Of a stretch of DNA of 64,000 nt, positions 1 to 8,967 are shown piece after piece (the stretch's first letter is position 1; every line of letters starts with the position of its first letter). Origin of the DNA: Gaetbulibacter saemankumensis DSM 17032 (lineage in GTDB: Bacteria; Bacteroidota; Bacteroidia; Flavobacteriales; Flavobacteriaceae); contig NZ_KE384430.1 of the NCBI RefSeq assembly GCF_000425645.1, forward strand, positions 729,492-793,491, read 5' to 3'. Both the position numbers and the translations under genes were made by a program. Under the pieces are notes generated by a model that saw only the letters and a list, made by a program, of their open reading frames with translations, searched no databases and had not been told where the DNA came from.

Positions 1-1
1 T

Positions 2-775
2 ACTTATGTAAATCAGATAAAAGAACATTATTTTGATGCTGTAGATTTTACCGATGTCGTCCTTCAAAGTTCTAGTTTTTTAGAGGAACGCATATTAAAC
101 TATGTGTTTGGTATGACGGCTAATGGCGTTGATGAATTAACAAATTATAAAAACAACATCGATGTGGTTTGCAAGGCCATGAATGAGGCTCCTGCCGAAG
201 TGAAACGTATTTTACTTATTTCATTGTGGCAACAATTTGTCGATTTAAAATTGGAACCTATTGCTAATTATGTAACCGACACATGTTTATTGGCGGTTGC
301 AAAGACCTTAAACGATGATGATTTAGTAACCAGATTAAAACAATATGAAAATACATCGATCGGACATAGAGCCATTGATTTTTATATTGAAAATGAAACA
401 GATAATACAAAGTTAAGTAGTATTGAAATTGATGAATACGGTATTTTAGTATTTTGGAGCAGTACCTGTTCGCACTGTTTGGATGAATTACCGAAATTAG
501 AGGCTTTTTTAAAGGACGGTAATAAAAAATCTATTAAAGTAGTTGCTGTTGCTTTAGATGATAATCCGGATACTTGGAAGAAATCCATACCTTATTTGCC
601 TCATTTTATTCATACCTATGGTAGAAGTAGTAAGAATAAAAATCTGGACGATCGTTATGGAATTTTTGAAACGCCTACATATTTTATTTTAAATAAAAAC
701 AAAGAAATTATAGCTAAACCCAATGATGCCGAGTTGGTGAAGGCTTTTTTCAAAAAGAAAAGTGATAATAAATAG
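2..775 (+). CDS. Thioredoxin-fold (TlpA/ResA-like) thiol-disulfide oxidoreductase. The 5' end is outside the window: the frame is open from base 2.
   Basis: WSSTCSHC motif (Cxx C thioredoxin active site) in the C-terminal half. There is no upstream stop in frame back to the window edge. Confidence 0.7.
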   Translation, partial: TYVNQIKEHYFDAVDFTDVVLQSSSFLEERILNYVFGMTANGVDELTNYKNNIDVVCKAMNEAPAEVKRILLISLWQQFVDLKLEPIANYVTDTCLLAVAKTLNDDDLVTRLKQYENTSIGHRAIDFYIENETDNTKLSSIEIDEYGILVFWSSTCSHCLDELPKLEAFLKDGNKKSIKVVAVALDDNPDTWKKSIPYLPHFIHTYGRSSKNKNLDDRYGIFETPTYFILNKNKEIIAKPNDAELVKAFFKKKSDNK

Positions 776-789
776 AAAATTAGGTAACC

Positions 790-1149
790 TTAAAAATGAT
801 AAAAGGCGTTTTCTAAATGGTCTAGTTTAAAGTCTCCCTGCAATTTTATAATAGCAATAATGTCGAAGCGCACTTCAACATTTAGTTGATTTACGGTTAT
901 ATACTCATCTACAGCTTTTACTAGGCGCTGTATTTGTTTAGGTTTTACAAAATCCTGAGGGTTTCCAAAATCGGTGCTCGATCGTGTTTTAACTTCAATT
1001 ATGGCTAGGATCTCTGCTTTTTGAGCAATAATATCGACTTCTGCTTTGTCAAACCGATAATTGCGTTCTATAATAACGTAGCCTTTATTAATTAGAAAAT
1101 CAACAGCGAGTTGTTCGCCTTTTTTACCAAGTTCGTTGTGTGATGCCAT
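790..1149 (-). CDS. YraN-family (UPF0102) endonuclease-like protein
   Basis: 119 aa. The N-terminus KGEQLAVDFLINKGYVIIERNYR...EVDIIA..IIEVK is the characteristic YraN pattern. Confidence 0.75.
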   Translation of the reverse strand: MASHNELGKKGEQLAVDFLINKGYVIIERNYRFDKAEVDIIAQKAEILAIIEVKTRSSTDFGNPQDFVKPKQIQRLVKAVDEYITVNQLNVEVRFDIIAIIKLQGDFKLDHLENAFYHF

Positions 1150-1155
1150 AATCTG

Positions 1156-2316
1156 TTAACCTCTAAATAAAAAGAAATCGTCTTTCATATCTTCAATTTG
1201 AGTGTCTTCATTGGTAATGATATAATCAATAGCCTGCGAGGTAAATTCATCGCCTTTTGCCGTGAGAGAAACAATGTTTTTGTCTATGGATATCATATTG
1301 TTTTTAAGCGCCAAATCTAAAACAGTCTTACTCCGTACTTTTTGCCAGTTAATATGTTCGTTTAAGTGATTCACATGGCGTTCTTCTATTTCCTTGTGAT
1401 TTTTTAAATGCAATAGAAAGGTTAGTAGTGAAACTTCTGTGCGCTGTTGTTTCTCACGATATAATATGGCAATAATCCCCTTATTGGGAGCAAATAGATA
1501 GATCACTAAGAATAAAATTCCTAACATGGTAGTAATCGACCCAGCAATGGAAGCATCGAGTCCATGGGCGAGCCAATACCCTGAAATAGCACTAAATACT
1601 CCAAAACAAATGGAGTAAATTATCATGAGTTTTAAATCGGTAGTGAGTAAATATGCTGAGGCAGCAGGGGCTATCATGAGTGCGACTACTAAAATAGCAC
1701 CAACAGCATCGAAAGCGCCTACTGTAGTTATAGAAGACACTGTCATTAACCCGTAATGAATTATTATTGGTGAAAAGCCTAAAGAAGCTGCGAGTCCTTT
1801 GTCAAACGTACTTATTTTTAATTCTTTAAAAAAGGCAATAAGTAAGCCTAAGGTAATTAATAAGATACTTCCAATAATCCATAATGATTTAGGCCCAACA
1901 TCGACACCTGAAATCCTTAACCTATCGAATGGAGCAAATGCAAGTTCACCAAGCAGCACGGCATCAACATCTAAATGCACATCATTCGCATTTTTGGCAA
2001 TTAAAATTACACCAATGCTAAACAGGGTCGGGAATACCAGTCCAATAGCAGTATCTTCCTTTACCAATCCTGTTTTTTGAATATATTCTACCAAAACTAC
2101 GGTGATAATACCAGTAAAGGCAGCTAGCAAAATTAATAATGGTGAATTTAAGTCTTGGGTAATAAAAAAACCAACAACGATACCAGGAAGTATGGAATGA
2201 CTAATAGCATCACTAATCATAGCCATTTTACGAAGCACTAAAAAGGTTCCAGGGATGGCACAGGCAATAGCGACAATACATGCTATAAGTTGTATTTCAA
2301 TTTGAGCATTACTCAT
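1156..2316 (-). CDS. Metal ABC transporter permease (ABC-3 / MntB-ZnuB family) with a C-terminal extension of about 100 aa
   Basis: Multi-TM protein with the ABC-3 signature region DAISHSILPGIV. It overlaps the upstream permease by 8 nt. The C-terminal tail is hydrophilic and not part of the standard roughly 280 aa permease. Confidence 0.85.
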   Translation of the reverse strand: MSNAQIEIQLIACIVAIACAIPGTFLVLRKMAMISDAISHSILPGIVVGFFITQDLNSPLLILLAAFTGIITVVLVEYIQKTGLVKEDTAIGLVFPTLFSIGVILIAKNANDVHLDVDAVLLGELAFAPFDRLRISGVDVGPKSLWIIGSILLITLGLLIAFFKELKISTFDKGLAASLGFSPIIIHYGLMTVSSITTVGAFDAVGAILVVALMIAPAASAYLLTTDLKLMIIYSICFGVFSAISGYWLAHGLDASIAGSITTMLGILFLVIYLFAPNKGIIAILYREKQQRTEVSLLTFLLHLKNHKEIEERHVNHLNEHINWQKVRSKTVLDLALKNNMISIDKNIVSLTAKGDEFTSQAIDYIITNEDTQIEDMKDDFFLFRG

Positions 2317-3436
2317 TATCTGAGGTTTGTTGATTATATAAATTCGACGCTTTGGTGAAGCCTTCTTCTGTTAAAGACCACATGTTACCCTCAAGTTTTA
2401 CATAGTTTTTATTTACTAATTGTTGTAAGGTAGAGCGGGTATAACCTTGGAAGTTATTTAATATTTTTACTGTATGTGGATGGGAAATACTTTCATGAGT
2501 TTTAGCAATTTGATGCATAAAAGCCAGTGTTTTATTTAATTGAAGGTCTCGTCGGTTTTTGATAAATCGGATTTGTTTGAATAATAATCCGCGATTTGGT
2601 GAAAAAATAAAACTAATTATAACAAAAATACCTGCAATAATTACGATGATGGGACCTGTAGACAAATTGTTTTGACTGGCACTTATTGCTGTGCCAAATA
2701 CACCAGAAAAAGCACCAAAGATAGCTGCCAGAATGATCATAATACCTAAACTGTTTGTCCATTGTCTCGCTGCTGCTGCAGGAGCTAATAGCATGGCGCT
2801 CATTAATACCACTCCAACCGTTTGTAAACCTAAAACAATGGCTAGAACAATGAAGGTGGTAATAAGGATATCAATAAATTTTGTGTTGAAACCTAAGGTT
2901 TTGGTATAATCGGCATCGAAAAGTAAAATTTTAAATTCTTTCCAGAAGAGCATTAATACCACGAAGCAAATTCCCGTTACAGTTGCCATAAGCCAAACGT
3001 CACTTTCAACTAAAGTAGCTGCTTGACCAAATAAGTATTTGTCTAAACCTGCCTGGTTGGCATTCGGTTGTTTTTGAATAAAAGTGAGTAATAACATTCC
3101 AAAACCGAAGAATAACGACAGTATGAGTCCTAAAGCAGTATCTGCTTTTAAATGTGTTTTGGTAATAATGCCTCGAATCCAAAAGGTACCAATGAGTCCA
3201 CTAACGAGAGCTCCCAGAAGTAGTACATTGCTATCTTTAGCACCAGATATTAAAAAGGCAATGGCAATACCTGGTAGTGCCGCATGTGAAATAGCATCAC
3301 CTAAAAGACTTTGTTTGCGCAACACGGCAAAACTTCCTAGCATACCACAAACCGCCCCCAAAACGGCAGTGCCCAGAGTGATGGTTCGCAGGGTGTAATC
3401 TGTAAAAACTAATTTTATGTATTCTGTTACGTCCAT
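2309..3436 (-). CDS. Metal ABC transporter permease (ABC-3 family), second copy, also with a C-terminal winged-helix-like extension
   Basis: DAISHAALPGIAIAF motif and 8-9 TM segments. The C-terminal roughly 95 aa are soluble and predicted helical. Confidence 0.85.
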   Translation of the reverse strand: MDVTEYIKLVFTDYTLRTITLGTAVLGAVCGMLGSFAVLRKQSLLGDAISHAALPGIAIAFLISGAKDSNVLLLGALVSGLIGTFWIRGIITKTHLKADTALGLILSLFFGFGMLLLTFIQKQPNANQAGLDKYLFGQAATLVESDVWLMATVTGICFVVLMLFWKEFKILLFDADYTKTLGFNTKFIDILITTFIVLAIVLGLQTVGVVLMSAMLLAPAAAARQWTNSLGIMIILAAIFGAFSGVFGTAISASQNNLSTGPIIVIIAGIFVIISFIFSPNRGLLFKQIRFIKNRRDLQLNKTLAFMHQIAKTHESISHPHTVKILNNFQGYTRSTLQQLVNKNYVKLEGNMWSLTEEGFTKASNLYNQQTSDNE

Positions 3437-3439
3437 AAA

Positions 3440-4174
3440 TTACTCTTGAATGCTTACCTTATAATTAATGCCGTAAGTTTTGGTTAGGTTGTCGTCGTTA
3501 AAAATATCTTTAACAGGTCCTGTAGCAATCTTTTTTACATTTAGAAAGGTTACCCAATCGAAATACTCAGGAACGGTTTGTAAATCATGGTGCACTACGA
3601 TAACCGTTTTATTGGCTTTACGAAGTTCTTTTAAAATATTGATTATGGCAATTTCTGTGGTGGCATCTACACCTTGGAACGGCTCATCCATAAAGTAAAT
3701 AGAAGCATTTTGCACTAAGGCTCGGGCTAAAAATATACGCTGTTGCTGTCCACCAGAAAGCTGGCTTATTTGACGGTTTTTAAAAGGAAGCATACCTACT
3801 TTTTCTAATGCTTCTAAGGCGCTTTTCTTTTCTTTTATTCCTGGGCGTTTAATCCAGCCTAGACTGCCGTAGGTTCCCATCATGACCACATCGAGAGCCG
3901 TTGTTGGGAAATCCCAGTCTACGCTACCTTTTTGTGGAACATAGGCCACCAGAGAACGCTGTTTTTTATAAGACTTGCCATAAATACTAACACTACCAGC
4001 AATGGGTTTTAAGATGCCTAATATAGATTTAATAAGGGTTGATTTTCCTGCGCCATTAGGCCCAACGATAGCCATAAGTACACCTTCGGGGATTTCTAAA
4101 TCTATATCCCAAAGTACAGGTTTGTAATTATATGCAACGGTTAAATCGTCTACTTTAACAGCAATCTTATTCAT
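3440..4174 (-). CDS. Metal ABC transporter ATP-binding protein (ZnuC/MntA-like)
   Basis: Walker [13 protein letters not shown] signature LSGGQQQR, Walker B FMDEP. Confidence 0.9.
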   Translation of the reverse strand: MNKIAVKVDDLTVAYNYKPVLWDIDLEIPEGVLMAIVGPNGAGKSTLIKSILGILKPIAGSVSIYGKSYKKQRSLVAYVPQKGSVDWDFPTTALDVVMMGTYGSLGWIKRPGIKEKKSALEALEKVGMLPFKNRQISQLSGGQQQRIFLARALVQNASIYFMDEPFQGVDATTEIAIINILKELRKANKTVIVVHHDLQTVPEYFDWVTFLNVKKIATGPVKDIFNDDNLTKTYGINYKVSIQE

Positions 4175-4185
4175 AGGTTCTTTTT

Positions 4186-4262
4186 TAGCCCCGATTAAGG
4201 CATTTGTTGAAGCTCGTTTTTGTTTCTAAAAACAAAAATAGCGACTGCCGAAAGCGGGAAAT
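4186..4262. repeat. Copy A of an intergenic repeat family of about 75 nt. Conserved core: tagccccgattRaggcatttgttgaagctc, then a variable hairpin, then agcgactgccgaaagcggga.
   Basis: Near-identical modules at 61521-61593 and a diverged copy at 47331-47410. This copy lies between the binding-protein gene stop and the ATPase gene start of the metal ABC operon. Confidence 0.6.
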
Positions 4263-4274
4263 GGCTACTTAATT

Positions 4275-5186
4275 TTATTTTAAGGCATTAACAATTGTAT
4301 TTACATTGTATTTAAACATACCAATGTAAGTACCTTCTGCAGTGCCGGTATCACCCAGTGCATCCGAATACAGAGTGCCTCCAATTTTAACATCGTGCCC
4401 CTTGGAATTTACAGCCGCCTGAAGGGCTTCGATGGTGCGCTTGGGAACCGAGCTTTCTACAAAAATGGCCTTGACCTTATTTTGAATGATAAAGTTAGCT
4501 AAATTCTGAACATCTTGAACACCAGCTTCGGTAGCTGTTGAAAGGCCTTGCAATCCAACGACCTGAAATCCGTAAGCCTTACCAAAATAGTTAAAAGCAT
4601 CGTGGGCTGTAACGAGAATGCGTTTGTCCTCAGGAAGTGCTAGAATGGTGTTGTTTATTTCAATTTCTAAGTTGTCTAGTTGTTTCAAATAGTTTTTGCC
4701 ATTTGTTGCAAAGGTCTCTTTGTGTGCAGGATCGGCTTCAGAAAGTGTTTTGGCCACATAGCTCGTAATGGTTTTCCAGTAAGCTATATTGAACCAGATG
4801 TGCGGGTCGAAATTTCCTTTAAAATTTTCCGATCCAATTAATCCGTTTTTGTTTAAAGCATTTGATAGGGCGATGGTTTTTATATTACTATGGGCCATTT
4901 TTTCGAAGACTTCAACAAGTTTGCCTTCTAAGTGTAAACCTCCATAAAAAACGATGTCGGCATTGGCTAATTTCGTGACATCGCCTTCACTGGCTTTGTA
5001 TAAATGCGGATCGACACCGCTGCCCATAAGTCCTTGAATATCGATCACGTTGCCACCGATATTATGGAGCAAATCGGTAATCATTGTAGTTGTAGTTACA
5101 ATATTTAACTTGTTGTTAGTTTTCTTTTCGTTCTTACAATTAAAAAGTAAAACGAAGCAGCAAAGCGCGAGTATGTGTTTTTTCAT
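4275..5186 (-). CDS. Metal ABC transporter substrate-binding lipoprotein (TroA/ZnuA/MntC family)
   Basis: Lipoprotein signal ending LLFNC. Cluster-9 periplasmic binding protein features; operon context with the ATPase and permeases. Confidence 0.85.
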   Translation of the reverse strand: MKKHILALCCFVLLFNCKNEKKTNNKLNIVTTTTMITDLLHNIGGNVIDIQGLMGSGVDPHLYKASEGDVTKLANADIVFYGGLHLEGKLVEVFEKMAHSNIKTIALSNALNKNGLIGSENFKGNFDPHIWFNIAYWKTITSYVAKTLSEADPAHKETFATNGKNYLKQLDNLEIEINNTILALPEDKRILVTAHDAFNYFGKAYGFQVVGLQGLSTATEAGVQDVQNLANFIIQNKVKAIFVESSVPKRTIEALQAAVNSKGHDVKIGGTLYSDALGDTGTAEGTYIGMFKYNVNTIVNALK

Positions 5187-5195
5187 TATTCAAAT

Positions 5196-7439
5196 TTAAT
5201 TTAAAGTATATCGTAATCCAAAAAATAGTCTACGACCCTGATTTGGACCATAAACGTATGAAGGATCGAATGTTAAAGCATACGGGTTCTCTTGGGTTGG
5301 AATGACATCGCCATTATTGTCGAATTCCACATTTTCGTCAAATGGGTCGTGAGCCCGTGCTATAATAAATGGGTTTCCTTTATTTGGAGTCCAATTTAAA
5401 AGGTTTTTAATACCGGCGTATATTTCAAATTGATTTAAACCATCATAAGTAAATTGAATATTCTGAATACTCCAAACGGGTGATTCTGGTAAACGAGGGT
5501 CTAAATCTCCCAATAGCGGTAAACGCATAGGGCCATAAAGATTACCCGTGTAATCAATTAAAATATGATACTTGTAATTTTTATAGGTAGCTGCCCAGGT
5601 GCCAGTAAAACTTTCGGTAAGCATTTGTTTTTGAGTTATACCATGCTCGGTTTGCGAAACATCCTGAAACGTTGCGCCTGCCAGTAGTTTTATGCCATTT
5701 GGGAATAGGGTGTCTATATTGAAACTGATACCTTTACTAACCGCTTTACCATCTAAATTATCGTATATAATTTGGTTAGGATTTGTATCGTAGTCTGGCG
5801 AAATCATATTAGTAAAATAGGTGTACCAGGCAGAGGCATCTAGGCCAAAAATAAATCCGCTTTTAGTATAAAGCTTGGTTAGGTAATTAAAATTTATATT
5901 ATACGAACGTTCGGGTTTAAGTTCATCCTTAATAATAACATCACGAGCGCCTGTTAAGGCGGCATGCTCTTCGGTAAATAGATTCACTACACGGAATCCG
6001 GTGCCGGCATTAACACGAAAGATATTGTCTTTAGTGGGTTTGAATTTGTAAGCGATTCGGGGTGTGAAAATATTTCCGTGACGCTTGTCGTAATCGTAAC
6101 GAGCACCTACTAATAAGTTTTGTCTTTCAGAGAAATTTATTTCATCCTGAATAAAGAGGGATGGGATAATAATTTCATCTGCATGAACAGTGGCGGGTGT
6201 ATTATCATCATAGAAATTATACCGGGCTGCAGTCCCTAATAGTAAATCATGATTGTTAAGTGATTTGTCCCAGGTTAATTGAGTGAACCCAATACGCTGT
6301 GTTGCCAGATAAGGCATGTCGCCATATACTGAATTTTGATTGTGATCGGTATAAGAAAACTGTAGTAGCATTTTTTCGGAAACGGGTAATTGATACTTTC
6401 CCAGTAATTCATAACGTTTTGTATAAATGCTTTCACCGTAGATTTCGTTGCCCCCCCGATATTCTGGCGTCCATTGCATTTCACCGCCCCATCGATCTTC
6501 ATAGAAAAAGCGACCGGCTATAGAAAATAATCTATTCGACTCGCGTTGAAAATCCCATTTTTGAAAGACTGAAATCCGATTTTGCAAAGTGAGGTCGGTA
6601 AAGTTATCATTATTGTTGTCTATGGGATTGTTATAATTAAAATAATTAATACCAAACAAAAGACTGGTTTTTGGTGATACTGAGGCCTTAAAACCTAAAT
6701 CCAAATTATATTCCCCCCAGCCTGTGACATAGCTATCGGCGAAAACAATTGGTGCATGTTCGGGTAGTTTTGTTATAATATTTATTAACCCACCAACGGC
6801 TTCACTTCCATAGAGTGAGGATGCAGGCCCTTTTACAATTTCAATTTGTTCAATTAAGGAGTTTGGTATACCGGATAAGCCGTATACGGTTGAAAGTCCA
6901 CTAACAATAGGCATGCCATCGATAAGTACTAGGGTGTATGGCCCTTCAAGCCCGTTAATATGAATATCTCCTGTATTACATACATTACAGTTTATTTGAG
7001 GGCGAACGCCGTTTACATTTTGAAGGGCTTCAAAAATATTTGGTGTTGGATTTTTTTTAAGAAATATAGGCGAATATACTTCTACGGGTACCGGGCTTTC
7101 TAGTCTGGATACTGCTTTAAGCGTTCCAGTAATGACAACTTCATCTAGCATTTCAGATTCTTGTAACTCGAAAGTTACTGCAATAGGTTGTTCTTTAATG
7201 TGTATTTTTTTTGTTGCACTTTTAAAACCAGTAAAAGAAGCTATAATGGTGTATTTTCCAGGTTCAACATTTTTTATTCTGAAATGACCATTTTCATCGG
7301 CAGAAGTACCTTTACTTGTGTTTTTTAAATAAATATTGGTGTAGGGAAGTGGTTCGCCATTAGAATAGACAATACCGGTAATCTCCTGAGCGTATATGCT
7401 TGTAGAGATAATACTTATAATAAAAATTAGGTGTCTCAT
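5196..7439 (-). CDS. TonB-dependent outer-membrane receptor with an N-terminal carboxypeptidase-regulatory-like domain
   Basis: Signal peptide; a plug region (GTLKAV...DGMPIVSGL); a long beta-barrel; heads the metal ABC operon. Confidence 0.85.
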   Translation of the reverse strand: MRHLIFIISIISTSIYAQEITGIVYSNGEPLPYTNIYLKNTSKGTSADENGHFRIKNVEPGKYTIIASFTGFKSATKKIHIKEQPIAVTFELQESEMLDEVVITGTLKAVSRLESPVPVEVYSPIFLKKNPTPNIFEALQNVNGVRPQINCNVCNTGDIHINGLEGPYTLVLIDGMPIVSGLSTVYGLSGIPNSLIEQIEIVKGPASSLYGSEAVGGLINIITKLPEHAPIVFADSYVTGWGEYNLDLGFKASVSPKTSLLFGINYFNYNNPIDNNNDNFTDLTLQNRISVFQKWDFQRESNRLFSIAGRFFYEDRWGGEMQWTPEYRGGNEIYGESIYTKRYELLGKYQLPVSEKMLLQFSYTDHNQNSVYGDMPYLATQRIGFTQLTWDKSLNNHDLLLGTAARYNFYDDNTPATVHADEIIIPSLFIQDEINFSERQNLLVGARYDYDKRHGNIFTPRIAYKFKPTKDNIFRVNAGTGFRVVNLFTEEHAALTGARDVIIKDELKPERSYNINFNYLTKLYTKSGFIFGLDASAWYTYFTNMISPDYDTNPNQIIYDNLDGKAVSKGISFNIDTLFPNGIKLLAGATFQDVSQTEHGITQKQMLTESFTGTWAATYKNYKYHILIDYTGNLYGPMRLPLLGDLDPRLPESPVWSIQNIQFTYDGLNQFEIYAGIKNLLNWTPNKGNPFIIARAHDPFDENVEFDNNGDVIPTQENPYALTFDPSYVYGPNQGRRLFFGLRYTLN

Positions 7440-7456
7440 AATTAAATTTTGTGCAA

Positions 7457-7498
7457 ATATAAATATATTTTTAGATTAGTCTAAAAATATATTTATAT
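7457..7498. promoter_or_regulatory. Perfect 19 bp inverted repeat (ATATAAATATATTTTTAGA / TCTAAAAATATATTTATAT) with a 4 bp spacer. It lies in the divergent promoter region and is a candidate DtxR-family operator.
   Basis: Read directly: the reverse complement of 7480-7498 equals 7457-7475. It is flanked by TAtaTTTG -7-like boxes on both strands. Confidence 0.5.
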
Positions 7499-7530
7499 AA
7501 TATTTAAACTATATTTGTATTTTAATTGAA

Positions 7531-8202
7531 TTGCAGATGACTTTAACAGAAGAAAACTATATAAAAGCTATATATCAATTGGGTAAATACGGGACTTTAA
7601 ATGTGAGTACGAATAGTATTGCTGAAGCCTTAGATACCAAAGCCTCTTCGGTTACAGATATGATTAAAAAGCTGGATGAAAAAGGCTATGCTAATTATAA
7701 AAAATACCAAGGAGTCATATTGTCTGTTGAAGGTAAAAAAATAGCTGCAAATATTGTTAGAAAACACCGATTGTGGGAGGTGTTTTTAGTCGAAAAATTA
7801 AATTTTGCCTGGGATGAGGTTCATGATATTGCCGAGCAGTTAGAACATATTAAATCTGAAAAGTTAATTAACGAATTAGATAAATTACTTGACTACCCGA
7901 CTCACGATCCGCATGGTGATCCAATTCCTGATAAATTAGGAGATATTAAAAAGACTGATAAAATTTTACTTTTTAATTTAGAAGAAAACACTAGTGGTGT
8001 CTGTGTTGGTGTAAAGGATACGTCTTCAGCCTTTTTACGCTATTTAGATAAACATAATATTGCTTTAGGCTCCGAAATTACTGTGCTGTCGAAAGAAGAT
8101 TTTGATGATTCTATGGTGATAAAAATTCAGGATAGTGTTATGAGTATTTCTCAAGTAGTTGCAAATAATTTATTCGTAAAGCAGTTATCTCAAAAAAATT
8201 AA
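7531..8202 (+). CDS. DtxR/MntR-family metal-dependent transcriptional regulator with a C-terminal FeoA/SH3-like domain
   Basis: N-terminal wHTH (EENYIKAIYQL...SVTDMIKKL); a metal-binding/dimerisation helix region; the C-terminus ITVLSKEDFDDSMVIKIQD is FeoA-like. Confidence 0.85.
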   Translation: MQMTLTEENYIKAIYQLGKYGTLNVSTNSIAEALDTKASSVTDMIKKLDEKGYANYKKYQGVILSVEGKKIAANIVRKHRLWEVFLVEKLNFAWDEVHDIAEQLEHIKSEKLINELDKLLDYPTHDPHGDPIPDKLGDIKKTDKILLFNLEENTSGVCVGVKDTSSAFLRYLDKHNIALGSEITVLSKEDFDDSMVIKIQDSVMSISQVVANNLFVKQLSQKN

Positions 8203-8287
8203 CTTTTTTTTAAATAAAGGGTTTAGTCTAAGAAACCATAGGTTCCGTATATATTCTTGCATAACCACTTAATAACAAGAGTTTTAT

Positions 8288-8893
8288 TTGTGGTATATGA
8301 CGGTTAATTTAAATAAGAAGGATATGGAGTTACAACAATTTTCATTGAACAGGTTTTTTCGACAAGTAATTGGTTTAAGTCTGGTATTTGTATTTGCTTA
8401 TGGAACGGTAAATGCTCAGGAAGAAACGAAACGTGAGATAAAAAAGGAGCGAAAAGAATTTGAAAAACAAGAACGTATCAATGCCGTTAAGGCTTTGATT
8501 GATTCTAAAACATTCGTCTTTAAGGCCGACATGGCTTTACCAACAGGAATGCGAAGCATTAACTTGGTTTCTAATCCAAATTCTTTAGAGTTTACCCCAG
8601 AATCTATTACAAGTGATATGCCTTTTTTTGGTCGTGCTTTTAGTAATGTTTCTTATGGAGGTAACGGCGGGATGCAGTTTAAAGGGCTACCTAAAAGTTA
8701 CGAAATAGAAAACATTAAAGATAAGTATGAGGTATATGCGGAAGTAAATGATGCTAATGATCATTACCGTATATATTTAACTATAGGATCAGAAGGAAAT
8801 GCAACCCTTAATATTTTGAGTAATAATAGAAGTCCTATGACCTACTATGGGGAGATTTCAGAAGTATTGAATATTGAAAAAAACAACGTTTAA
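8288..8893 (+). CDS. Secreted hypothetical protein, possibly DUF4251-like. The true start may be the internal Met at about 8324.
   Basis: Signal peptide ending in AQ. The segment ALIDSKTFVFKAD resembles a Bacteroidota lipoprotein family. Confidence 0.45.
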   Translation: MWYMTVNLNKKDMELQQFSLNRFFRQVIGLSLVFVFAYGTVNAQEETKREIKKERKEFEKQERINAVKALIDSKTFVFKADMALPTGMRSINLVSNPNSLEFTPESITSDMPFFGRAFSNVSYGGNGGMQFKGLPKSYEIENIKDKYEVYAEVNDANDHYRIYLTIGSEGNATLNILSNNRSPMTYYGEISEVLNIEKNNV

Positions 8894-8910
8894 GTAGTGT
8901 TATAATTTCA

Positions 8911-8967
8911 AGAAAAAAGCATGTGATTAATGACAACCACAATTGTCTTTATCACATGCTTTTTTTT
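8911..8967. terminator. Bidirectional rho-independent terminator (hairpin agcatgtgat...atcacatgct flanked by A-run and T-run)
   Basis: 10 bp perfect stem at 8919-8928 / 8951-8960 followed by 8 T. It serves the convergent gene at 8288-8893 and the feo operon. Confidence 0.6.

Noticed and set aside
1799-2080. Antisense ORFs of 60-150 aa lying inside well-supported genes. Examples: 1799-2080, 2691-2909, 3084-3398, 3480-3698, 6275-6523, 9551-9733, 26807-27277, 31429-31653, 35223-35510, 48187-48813, 50309-50755, 52161-52463.
   Set aside because: They overlap genes with strong family signatures on the opposite strand, have low-complexity composition and no motifs. They look like shadow ORFs.
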